From Leucoraja ocellata (Eukaryota), in assembly GCA_036785375.1 (NCBI GenBank), contig JAWMAR010000531.1, forward strand, positions 992,001 to 1,056,000: a stretch of 64,000 nt of DNA, in the 5' to 3' direction. The notes beneath the pieces are model-generated. The model worked only from the letters and a program-made list of their open reading frames with translations, was not told the DNA's origin and made no database searches. The translations under genes were made by a program, and so were the position numbers. Shown here in pieces: positions 38,520 through 50,254 of this stretch. How positions within the stretch are numbered: the stretch's first letter is position 1; every line of letters starts with the position of its first letter.

Positions 38520-39035
38520 TTCGGTAGTAAAGGAAGCAAACGTAATGATAACACTTATTTGGAGAGGGCTTGTATACGAAAACAGGAATGTCATGCTGAG
38601 GCTCCATAATGCGCCGGTCGGGTCGGATTTGGAATATTGTGAGCAATGCTGGGCACGGTATCTGAGAAAGTGCTGCCTCTGGAAAGGGTCCAGAGGAGGT
38701 TTACAAGAATGATCACAGGAATGAGTGGGTTAACATCTAATGAGCGTTTGACGGCACTGGGACTGTACTCGCTGGAGTTTAGAAGAATGAGATGGGACCT
38801 CATTGAAACGTTCAGAATAGTGAAAGGCTTGGATGGTGTGGATGTGGAGCGGATGTGTCCAGTAGTAGTGAGTCCAGGACGAGACACAGAATTAAAGACC
38901 GTTCTTTTAGGAAGGAGATGAGGAAGAATTTATTGGTAAATCGGTGGAATTATTTGCCACAGAAGGCTGTGGAGGCCAAGGCAGTGGCTAATTTTAAGAG
39001 ATAGATAAATGTATGATTAGTGCGGGTATCACAGT
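38520..39035 (+). mobile_element. CR1 3' fragment (resumes near 40150 after nested insertions)
   Basis: LERVQRRFTRMI..LGLYSLEFRRMR. Confidence 0.8.
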
Positions 39036-39170
39036 TTATTAGGCAAAAAAGATGGAGAAACTCAGCGGGTGCAGCAGCACCTGATGCTGCTGCACCCGCT
39101 GAGTTTCTCCAGCGTTTTTGTGCACCTTCGATTCTCCAGCATCTGCAGTTCCTTCTTAAACACAGTTTAT

Positions 39171-40147
39171 TAGGCTGTGGGCCGAGCATCAAAAATGTGT
39201 CTAGAAATCAGTTTTCGTGACCCAAGTCATCAAACTGCATGAAACTTTCCACAGATTTAGATGAAATATAATTGAGAAGGAAGTCCTAACTCGTCATGGC
39301 CGAAAGTTGCACATTCATTAATTAGAAAATGAGATCGGGAAAGTAAGCGCCATCTAGTGGCCAATGCCCATGTTACACGATGGGCAGCCTATTTCCGTGT
39401 TGCAGTCCATTTCAACTATATATTATTATACCTATATATATTCCAGATAGTAATATAGGTATAATAATATAATATATATGATAATATAATAATAATATTA
39501 TAATAATATAGTATATAGGTATAATAATATAATTATTATTATTATTATTATACCTATATATATTCCAGATAGATATATTCTTCCGTTTTCCTGGAAACGG
39601 CCGCTACGGACGGCACTAAGGACGGCACTACGGACAGACTTTAGATCTTACCTTTCAGTTTGAGTTGATTCACAAAGTTTCACAACTTTGTGTTGCAGCA
39701 TCTCAGCATGGACTTTGCTTTCAAGACTTTCTTCCACTTCTATCCACTTAGCTGCACATATAAGAAGCTGCACAGACTTCTTAATGCTTTTCTCACTAAA
39801 TTCAATTACCCTGCTGCAAGTTTCCACGACAACGAACCTTCATCGGAATCTCCAGTAAAAAACAGGCATCAGTGAAGCCCTCTCAGCTATGATGTGTGTT
39901 AGCCTGAAACAAAGCGAGCGATTGGCCAACCGGCAGACAACTCAATGTTAAAGGTGCTTTGATTAGACTAAACATTCCCGAATTATTCCCAATTTTTCCT
40001 CTAATTTAATTAAAATGTGCAAGCCTTGTTCATGACGAGTTTCAGGGGTAATTTATATATAATTTTTACACAATATGTGAAAATTTAATGTAGTTCTGTG
40101 ACTTGGGTCACGAAACACTGGAATAAAGCGCCTCGGCCCATAGCCTA
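39171..40147. mobile_element. Non-autonomous DNA transposon with TAG...CTA termini and 3-bp TAT TSD (Academ-like?)
   Basis: TIR TAGGCT(G/A)TGGGCCGAG plus a subterminal inverted block TTTCGTGACCCAAGTCA; interrupts a CR1 3'UTR. Confidence 0.7.
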
Positions 40148-40399
40148 TATGGGGAGTAAACTTGATCGGTCATATGGCCTAATTCTGCACCCATCACTTA
40201 TGATCTTAACACTTATGATCTTATAAGGCAGACAAGACCAACAGACGCATAATAATGTATAGAATGCGCAAAACAGCTGAATTTGCTGGTTTGCATTGAA
40301 CGTTTGCTGCAGAAGCTGTCATCCATCCTTTTTCGCTGAGGTGGCGAAATGACTCGCGGAATTACTCCAGTACTTGTGTCCATCTTCCGCATTATTATA

Positions 40400-42380
40400 T
40401 AGTTGTTTGCAAGGTATCACCAGCAAATGGTCCTGGACCAGCCATACGGAAGCAATCGCCAAGGATGTACACAACACCTTTATTCCCTTAGGAGGCTCGG
40501 CAAGTTTGACGTGTACCCAACATGGTTTGAGAACAGCTCCATCGAAACCCGCAAGAAATTGCAGACAGTTGTGGACATAGCCCAGGCCATCACGCAAACC
40601 AATCTACCTTACTTGGACTTCACCTGTACTACGCCACCTTGCTGAGCCACCAGCATCACCTCCGACAGCCTAAAGAGGAAGCCTACAGGAGAGGTGATGC
40701 AGCCTCTACAGGCAGGCAACGTACAAGCTGAGAAGAGGAATCAGAGCTGCCAAGGAAAGGTACTCTGAGAAGTTGAGGTGCAAGTTCTCAGCTAGTGACT
40801 CTTCTTCAGTTTGGAAGGGCTTGCAAGAAATCACCAGCTACACGAGGAAAGCCCCTCCGCTCTTTGGACAATCGTCAGCTGACCAACGACCTGAGTGAGT
40901 TATACTGCAGGTTTGACAAGCAGAAATGTAACCCTAGTACCCCCTCCACCCCCCCCCCCCCCTCGCCCCCCCCCCCCCCCCCCCCCCCCATCCCCAACCA
41001 ACACAGACCCCAGTCTACAAATACTGGACCCTTCTACAAGGTCTCCTCCCCATTCACCACTTCACACCTACTTAAAGAAAGACTCCAGTCTGAAACGACT
41101 GGACCATTCCCCACCCCAACCAACACTTCACACGCACCCGCAACCTGACCCCAGTTTGCAAAGACTGGACCTTTCTACACCCAATCCTCCCCAATCACCA
41201 CTTCACACCAACTTAAAACAAGACTTCAGTTTGAAAAAACTGGACTCTTTCCCACCCACCCCTCTCCCGTCGCCACTTCACGCCCAATTACCCATCCACT
41301 CCGTGCTGCACAACATCACTTCTTCATCATCAACAAAAAAAAATAGAGGAGGTGGAGAGGCTGTTCAGAAGGTAGAAAAGCCAGAAATCTCCAGGACCGG
41401 GTAATGTTTCACCTTCTACTCTCAAGCTCTGTGCTGAACAACTGGCACCGGTCTACACACACATTTTTAACCAGTCCCTGCAAACATATACTGTCCCTGG
41501 CTGCTTCAAAGTCTCCACTGTTGTCCCTTTACCGAAAAAGTCAAGGATTACTGGTCTTACTGACTACAGGCTTGTCGCACTGACCTCTGTAGTCATGAAG
41601 GCCCTTGAAAGGCTTGGGTTGGACAAACTGAAAATTATGACGTACCATAATGGACCATCTGCAGTTTTAATATTGGGCCTATAGATCTGTGGATAACGCA
41701 GTCAACCTGGGCCTGCACTTCATCCTCTAGCACCTAGACGGCCTTGGGACCTAAGCGAGGATTTTGTTTGTTGTTTTTAGCTCTGCATTCAACACCATTG
41801 TGCCAGAGCTACTACACTCCAAACTTTCCGAGTTGACTGTGCCTGAACCCCTCTGTCGCTGGATCACCGGCTTCCTGACAGACATGAAGCAGCATGTGAG
41901 GCTGGGAAAGCACATCTCGGACCCGCAAACCCTCAGCATAGGAGCACCGCAAGGCTGCGTATTCTCCCCTCTCCTCTAATCTCTCTACACCAATGACTGC
42001 ACCTCCACCGACTCCTCTGTCGAGCTTCTCAAATTTGCGGATGACACAACCCTCATTGGACTAATCTAGGATGGGGAAGAATCTGCCTATAGATGCCAGC
42101 AGGAAGTGACACAGCTGGCGGCCTGGTGCCTGGTCGCAACAACCTGGAGCTCAATGCTCTTAAGACAGTGGAATTGATAGTATACTTTAGGAGATCTCCG
42201 CCTCCCCTCACCCCACTTATCATCAACAACACCGCCGTCCCATCTGTGGAGCCTTTTAACTTCCTGGGAAGTCTTTTAGGTTCCATCGACTCCACAGTCA
42301 AAAAGGCAGAACAGAGGATGTACTTCCTGTGGCAGCTGAGGAAGCACAATTTGCCACAGGCAATGGTGGTCCAACTCGTC
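40400..42380 (+). mobile_element. Rex1/Babar LINE fragments
   Basis: LKLCAEQLAPV..IFNQSL, FSSAFNTI, GAPQGCVFSPLL, KFADDT, KKAEQRMYFL. Confidence 0.85.
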
Positions 42381-42769
42381 ATGCACTGAATGGTTTATCT
42401 TGATCCAGTATCTGTACATTGTGGACGGCTTGATTGTAATCATAGAGAGTCCTTTCATTGACCGGACAGCACACATCCAAAACCGTTTTCATTAAAGCTC
42501 AATAAATTAAACCAAGATGATGAAGAAAAAAAGATTAGTTAAAAAAAAACAGTGACCAGGGGATGTAAATGTGAACAAAATAAATATGAGATTCCAGGTT
42601 GCATTGACACGGGTGTTTCAGATTTAACATTGTCCATTAGAGCCACGGTTACACAGATGAAGAAGAAATATGAAGTATTATGGAGCAGGGCAAACAAACA
42701 TTCTGTTTTATGAACTTTGACGAAGAACGCCAACGTATGTCAGGTGTGCAGAGCGGAGAGTTAACTTGA

Positions 42770-43265
42770 CTTAGAGGGAGTACAGAGAAGGTTCACCAGA
42801 CTGTTTCCTGGGATGTCAGGAATTTCATATGAAGAAAGACTGGATATACTCGGCTTGTACTCGCTAGAATTTAGAAGATTGAGGGGGGATCTTATAGAAA
42901 CGTGCAGAATTCTTAGGGGGTTGGACAGGCTAGATGCAGGGAGATTGCTCCCGATGTTGGGGAAGTCCAGGACAAGGGGTCACAGTTTAAGGATAAAGGG
43001 GAAATCCTTTAGGACCGAGATGAGAAAAACATGTTTCACACAGAGAGTGGTGAGTCTCTGGAACTCTCTGCCACAGAAGGTAGTTGAGGCCAGTTCATTG
43101 GCTATATTTAAGAGGGAGTTAGATATGGCCCTTGTGGCGAAAGGTATCAGGGGGTATGGAGACAGGATACTGAGTTGGATGATCAGCCATGATCATATTG
43201 AATGGCGTTGCAGGCTCGAAGGGCCGAATGGCCTACTCCTGCACCTATTTTCTATGTTTCTATGT
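42770..43265 (+). mobile_element. Young CR1 3' end
   Basis: CR1 C-terminus and octamer tail. Confidence 0.9.
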
Positions 43266-43754
43266 TAACGCATCTTCGTGTCTCTGGAGAAATATTGTTG
43301 CGGAATTGACATGACACACACATTTAAGTCGGCCTAAGAACTGGCAAGGTTCAAAGCGCCAAATGTGGACTTGTTCTACGAGAAGTTTGGGAGCGCGGTT
43401 TGAAATTAAGATGTTCAGTGTTAATAATCCCAGTGTTCATAGTGCCCCGCGCAAATTTGCTCTGCGACAGAATCTTATAAGGCAGTTCAACGCCTGGCGT
43501 AGACGGTATACGTTTTGCAATAGAATAAACGTTTCAATATTTCAATGAGTCCATGGCCACGAGAATCATGCTGGGACCACTTTCTTACTAATCGGGTAAA
43601 AATGGGGTAGATGAGACTTAAACAAATAGAGGTGTTTTAAGTAAGGAGAACATTGCGTTTTTTTACATCGGAAGATCAAGCCCATGGGGCAAAATGGTGA
43701 CAAGTGACAGGAATATCGTGAATATAAAGGTGATATTGCACCTGTTGTTTAAAT

Positions 43755-44358
43755 AGACATAGAAACATAGAAACATAGAAATTAGGTGCAGGAGTACGCC
43801 ATTCGGCCCTCCGAGCCTGCACTGCCATTCAATATGATCATGGCTGATCATCCAACTCAGTATCCCGTACCTGCCTTCTCTACATACCTCCTGATCCCCT
43901 TAGCCACAAGGGCCACATCTAACTCCCTCTTAAATATAGCCAGTGAACTGGCCTCAACTACCCTCTGTGGCAGAGAGTTCCAGAGATTCACCACTCTCTG
44001 TGTGAAAAAAGTTCTTCTCATCTCGGTTTTAAAGGATTCCCCCCTTATACTTAAGCTGTGACCCCTTGTCCTGGACTTCCCTAACATCTGGAACAATCTT
44101 CCTGCATCTAGCCTGTCCAACCCCTTAAGAATTTTGTAAGTTTCTATAAGATCCCCTCTCAATCTCCTAAATTCTAGAGAGTATAAACCAAGTCTATCCA
44201 GTCTTTCTTCATAAGACAGTCCTGACATCCCAGGAATCAGTCTGGTGAACCGTCTCTGCACTCCCTCTATGGCAATAATGTCCTTCCTCAGATTTGGAGA
44301 CCAAAACTGTACGCAATACTCCAGGTGTGGTCTCACCAAGACCCTGTACAACTGCAGT
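43755..44358 (-). mobile_element. Young CR1 3' end (inverted relative to the 42770 copy)
   Basis: Intact 164-aa C-terminal ORF; (TTTCTATG)n tail. Confidence 0.9.
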
Positions 44359-46118
44359 ACAGACGGTGTACGGACGCCAGTTGAGACAGGTTGATTGATT
44401 TATTAATAGGTGCAGCAGTGTGGTTAACACAAATACATTTAGGATAAACCAAAAAAGTGCAAGAGGAGTTCTCAGAGTCGATCTCGCGCCGAGGACTGGT
44501 GCCGCGGACCGGACAGGGAACCCACCCAGAAGGCCCGGCTCGCCGGCCGGAGAGGATAGAGTGGGAGGAAGGGCCATTAAGCAGACTGACTGCGGGAGGG
44601 AGTGCACTACCCTGACGGTGAAGAGGGCCGATGAAGAACCTGCAACGCTCCCAGGGCAGCGAACCTTCATGGTCAGGTCAAGAACCCTGCATTAACAACA
44701 ACTGGGATATGAAAATGGCGCCAAATCTGGCGACTCTATATACTGTCTCAGTGTAACACCACGATACACTTTTACTGTATTTGCGATGTTTATCTAAGAT
44801 GTATTTAAGTGCTTATGTATAGTGATACTTGTACTGAACTGTAAATAAAATGATTTGCACTATACCATGGTAGATGCGAGAATAACGCACCATTGAACCA
44901 TTCATAAAAACGCTACGTATTTCTTTGAAGATGGACGTAAAAAGCTGACCAGGCAGCATCTCTGGAGAAAATTAGTAGGTGACCATTGTGATCTGAAGCG
45001 TCTCGACCCGAAACGTCAGCTATTCCTTTTATCCAGAGATGCTGCCTGACCCGAATAAATTACTAAAACTGTTTATGTCTAACTTCGGTTTAAACCGGCA
45101 TCTGCAGTTCCTTCCAACACACTACGTGTTTCTTTAATCTGCAACCGGGCAGTGTATTTCAATTGGGCTGCAGAAGATTATCTGAGAGTTTCGAAGAAAG
45201 AGAGGAGAACTCATTGAAAATAAATACTTACTGTGAGAGGGATGAAGAAGATAACCCTGGTTTTGGGGACTTAATATAATTCTGGATTTGGCTATGTAGG
45301 GGTGAGATAAAGTGGAATGTCTTCGTGAAGAAGTTTGTGCATCATTGGAATCCTCTCTGTTGGGTGGCTTTGAATGTACGGTCATTGGAACAATTCATAT
45401 CTGATCGTCTGATATTGATGGATAGTTGGACACAAGAGGAACAGATGGAAATGCCAAGACCAGGAAGATTCAATCTTTGCTGTTTCCACAGCGGGGATTG
45501 TGATGGGACATGGCATGATAACGACAGCTTAAGCGTAATTGAAATACAAATCCCGTCATCGGTTAATGTCAATGTCTTCGGTGATAAAGGATGGAGGTGC
45601 GGTGCATAGTGTGGATAGAGTAAAGTGGAGGTGGGAACAAACCATCAGTTTTACAGAATCTTGCTGATTTGTTGGGAATTAATGGCGTTTCCGGTAAATG
45701 TCCAGGCATACACATATCTTGCCTTTATTTACAGTATGTAACGGTGAGCCTTACGAACGAAAACATATTTAACAAATCCTTTAAACCATGAAGGTGTGGG
45801 GTTGCTAGGGACATTTTTATTTTATTTTTTACCAAAAGAACAACCTGAAACATCAAATCAATTTCTTACTTCAGGCCGCCTCGCCTGCCGAGAATTTTCG
45901 GCCAATTTTGGGGATTCTTATTGGAGTTGAGATCACATTTGTCACGGTTGGTTTAGAACGCATTGTACAACTTGACGAGTGGCACAAACTCACTACTGTT
46001 CTCCTATTGTAATTCGAGATCGAGATTGAGGGAAAATAAATCAGCGTTTCTTGCTGAAATGTAGAAGACAACACAATCCATATTAAGTCGTCATGTTTGG
46101 GGTCAGAAATAAATCAAG

Positions 46119-46520
46119 CATAAGGTGCAATAGTAATTTAAAATATAAATTGTACCAGGATCTGGTAATGGGGGGTATAAAATAAGTGTTTAATAAAAAC
46201 ACGGTTGGTATATCCTTTTTTTGCGGAGTATTGTGTTACAATAGAGCGATTGTTTTCCATTTTTTAAAATATTTTCTTTCTAGGGTCTTATTTCCTTTCT
46301 TTACTTCCTCTCTAATTTCTTCCCTAAGGGGCTTTCTTCTCCCAACACTTTCCTGCACCTTCACGATTCTTGCTCACTTTCCTTACTTCTTTTATTTCTA
46401 CCTTTTTTAAAGCTCGAAAAACGAAGTGGTACAACAAAATGTAATAAGATTTATGTGAAGTGTATTAATGTAATTTACTGTACTTCTAATTAAAAAAATA
46501 AAATAAAAAATAATAATAAT
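46119..46520 (+). mobile_element. Short L1-like 3' end with A-rich tail just downstream of cluster 3
   Basis: 12-bp TSD aaataaatcaag at 46107-46118 and 46521-46532; empty site in the cluster 2 paralog near 30305-30330. Confidence 0.7.
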
Positions 46521-46649
46521 AAATAAATCAAGGAGAATGAGCAATGCATTTGACAATAGTTTTAAAACTTTACTCAACGTCTGCAAAGAATACCTTGGGT
46601 ACAATAGCAACATACATGCATTTAGTTGACGCAATTGAATCGACGATGC

Positions 46650-46655
46650 TTTATT
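46650..46655 (-). terminator. Candidate cluster 3 polyadenylation signal
   Basis: AATAAA here (AATGAA in clusters 1/2); the paralogous site at 46569-46574 reads AGTAAA. Confidence 0.5.
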
Positions 46656-46816
46656 CAACAACGATGTTCTTTCGAAAGAAGTACATTTAAAGCGAACAAG
46701 TAATAAAAATCAAGGTTTCAACTATAAATGGCATTTCTTTATGAAAATCCCGAAAGATAAAGACTAACTATGTCACATGGAAGAACCCAATGGTGAGTCA
46801 GCTCACGTTTCCAACA

Positions 46817-47139
46817 TCAGGTACAGCTGGATCTCATGATATTTGTCTTAAGTGGGTTTGCCTGAGCCTGGTGTGTAACCACACAGGAGTAAAGGTCGTG
46901 TAAGTTCCAGTCTGAGGCTGTCAGAGTCAGGTAACTGCTGAGACTGAACGTGTTGTCCTTATCCTGCTGGATCGGGCTGGTCTCAACGCCGCTATTTTTT
47001 GCACTGCCGTCGACGCTCCACTCAACGGCGACCGAGCCCGGATTAAAGCCGTTCACCAAACACACCAGAGTGGCGATGCCCTTTGAGGTAACTTCATCGG
47101 CTGAAGGCGGCAGGACCGTCACGATCGGTGCCCGAGGAT
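46817..47139 (-). CDS. IGLC: IgL cluster 3 constant exon
   Basis: 323-nt exon ending RSSCT*. Confidence 0.96.
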
Positions 47140-48315
47140 CTGTTTAATAAGAAGTCACATTTAATTGGAGAAATGCTGTCGTTGGGATATCATTATTTAC
47201 CGAAAATACATCTCATTAAAGCACTCATTTATTCATTTGTTGAAATAAGTCGTTTTATTCGCGACCTATTTAAAAACCATTATAATGTGTTTATTTTGAT
47301 TGGGTGAACAATAAATAAAGTGCGTGAAAACAACTAATATAGATCCTGTCTACCCTCTGTATAAACACCGGGAAAGCTTATATGATAGATCATGGCTGCA
47401 CTTTCATTTTGCTACACATTTCCGGATTTACATTTATATAAATATATCAGCAGATATAAAGGATTCCCGGTCGGGAAATTTATAATAACAGATTTAAACT
47501 TATTTAATTGTCGGCACCCTTTGAGATGAAGGGTGACGTTATTTAAGTTATGCAAAAATATATGGAATCTAGTCTTCGAAAGCCACGGTTGCCGATTGGT
47601 AGATGTCGTTCACAAGCAAGGATGACATTGTAGTTCGAATGTTCATTTAAATTTGAAATACACGGCTGCGTCCACGAAAAGCTGCTCTACGTATTAAACA
47701 CAATTTCTGAAGGAAATGTGAGAAACTTTCTCTTCGCATTTCGCATTTTGATATCCTTGTTAAACCCGCCAACCGGAATTTTGACCGTGTTGAATATTAA
47801 CGTTGGTGAACCCCGTTACCCAAGCAATTTCCTTTCATATCTGGACAATCACTACGAATATTTCTGCAAGTTATTGAACGAACCCTATTCCATGCAACTT
47901 CAGTTCTACATCAACCCTCATCTAATTGACGATTTAAAAATCCGGGAAAAATGATACCATTCGCATTGGGCAGTACGCGTCATTATTAGACGGGGGAAAA
48001 TTGGAAAATGGAAGATTTGCATCACATTTTCGAGTGCATTAAATTCATGGCGCGGCTCTAAGTAATTCTGTGAATTGTAAAAAAATATATTGTTTGGAAT
48101 CGCAGCTGCGCGATTTCTAATCTAATATTGACGCTGTAAGGGTTAGTCTTGCTCCGGTCATGGTTGTTTTGAAATGCTTTGAAGGAATGTGGCTCTGATC
48201 AGTGAAAACAATTATATACATTATTTTAGTCGCGTATATACATTATTTTCAAGGAATATCTGCATTAAAATAAAAAATAAAACAGCGCGCTGTCCGAAGA
48301 ATATATTTTACTTAC

Positions 48316-48657
48316 CGCCAATACCCAGCCTCGTTCCTTTACCGAAATGTAAACCACTATCCCATTTGGCACAGTAATAGTCAGCAGCATCCACCGATTG
48401 AACGCTAGATATTGCGAATGTTACAGAGCTGCCTGACGCCGAGATGGAAAAACGGTCTGGAATGTCCGTGCCTTTATAAATGGTGCCGGAATAATACCAG
48501 AAAAGATACTTGGGAGTTTTGCCAGGAATCTGTTGGTACCACGAGACATTGTCAGTGCCTGTACTGGTACCCGATATGGTGCAGGGTATTTGTATTTTCT
48601 GTCCCGTATAGGTGGACATCGAAGGCGGCTGAGTTACTGTAACAGCCGCGCTTAAGT
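48316..48657 (-). CDS. IGLV: IgL cluster 3 germline-joined VJ exon
   Basis: VTVTQPPSMS...C...WYQQ...DAADYYC-AKWDSGLH-FGKGTRLGIG; intact splice sites; no RSS. Confidence 0.96.
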
Positions 48658-48775
48658 CTGAGAAAAGAGAAATATCAGGAAAAAAAAATTGTTAAGTTTG
48701 TTGAAGTGTGGGAGATAATAACTAATTAATGGTGAACAGAAATAAGTATAATATCCAGGGAAGTAAAATACTCAC

Positions 48776-48824
48776 AAACTGCACAAAACACCAACGCACC
48801 GACCACACGGATCCAATAAGACAT
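48776..48824 (-). CDS. IGLV: IgL cluster 3 leader exon (MSYWIRVVGALVFCAV-)
   Basis: 49-nt exon, same peptide as the cluster 1 leader; GT donor intact. Confidence 0.92.
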
Positions 48825-48899
48825 GTTCATTAACCGACTGAGCTCCGATGGGGCGGCAGTTTCCAGGACAAGTGGCGTGTAATCTTGCCCTCTGGCTCT

Positions 48900-48985
48900 C
48901 TTTATAAATGGAATGACGATATGTCACCGTGTGTTTAATTATCCAAACCAATCAAACCGGTATGCTCGTCGAAGCCAATCAGAAA
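48900..48985 (-). promoter_or_regulatory. Cluster 3 promoter (CCAAT x2, CRE half-site, TATA)
   Basis: Near-identical inverted copy of 11178-11262. Confidence 0.7.
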
Positions 48986-49784
48986 TTGCCAGATTCTTCC
49001 TCAAAATATTCGCCCTTGTGAAACACGCAGGTCTTATTTTAGAGACTTGTGTTTCTAAAAAGCTTCATACATCCAGCAGAATGAAAAGGATTGTCACAGT
49101 TGTCCCTTCTTTATAAACAAACAATCTATAATGTTCTGTATGAACCCTCCGCGTACATATACTAAACAGATTGCGAGTTTTAAATATTATATTCGATAAC
49201 AATAAATATTATATTCGACAACAATGAAAACGGAAGGGAAATATTTTATCTAAACGGACCAACTGAATCCGTATCGCTGATTTCCTTCGCTCCCTCACCC
49301 GCTGAGTTTCTCCAACATTTTTGTTTACCTCCGTATCGCTGAACATAACATGATCACAGTCACAGCATCAGCACTGTTTTATTTTTTAATTAAAAAACAT
49401 ATTGAATCTATATTTAGATATCTTTGTAATTTTGCAAATGATAAACCCCACAGGCTGCCCTTCTACTTGTGTATCAGATCATTTAGAAAGGACCTGGGGA
49501 GAAAGAACATCACTACAGATGTCAGTAAAGTTGCAGTTTTGGAGGCAACTTAGACTACCCGACGTGTGTCGCGCTTGGAAAAACGGTCTGTGATACTCTC
49601 CTATTGTAATGCGCAGTAATGACAAGGGACAAACGTGAAGAACAGTTTTCGGGAAATAGCGTGTGAGAAAAAGAATTACCATGAATAATTGTCCTTAAAG
49701 TGTAATTAAACTAGATTAGTTTAGCAGAGAACATGACTGGTCAGCGATCCATTAACTTAACCGTTCATCCTTTCACCACTACGT

Positions 49785-49980
49785 TTTCCCCATGACCTGC
49801 CTGGGATTTCCCAGGTAGCACCGGTTTCCTCCCACACCACAAATACAGATTGGCAGGTTCATTGGCTTGGGCAAATTATATATTGTCCCTAAAGTGTGTA
49901 GGATCATGTTAATGTGCGGGGACTGTTGATCAGTGGGTAGAAGGGCCTGTTTAGGCGCTGTATCTCCAAATTAAACTAAA
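49785..49980 (+). mobile_element. V-SINE fragment
   Basis: CCGGTTTCCTCCCAC V-domain and TAAAC tail. Confidence 0.6.
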
Positions 49981-50254
49981 GTGACTTCAATGTGTACCAT
50001 CTACAGAATGAGCTGTAATTGCGCGCAAAAGACACTCTGAACGTTGGCATGTCACCACGACTAGCACGTTTACCTAATGTTTATTTACACTGGTCCATGC
50101 TCTCACCGCCCTCATCCTTCTCTCACTGCTGCATGTTGTCAAGTTGCAACGTGGAATACCGTGAGAAAATGAACACGCGAAAGATTGCATTGGCTCATGG
50201 CTGCTCATTATTACCTCCCTAAACGCCGATCCGCAGATGCTACACGATCCCCCA

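Noticed and set aside
42770-44358. Inverted CR1 pair as a composite transposon
   Set aside because: Different truncation points and no shared TSD; most simply two independent insertions
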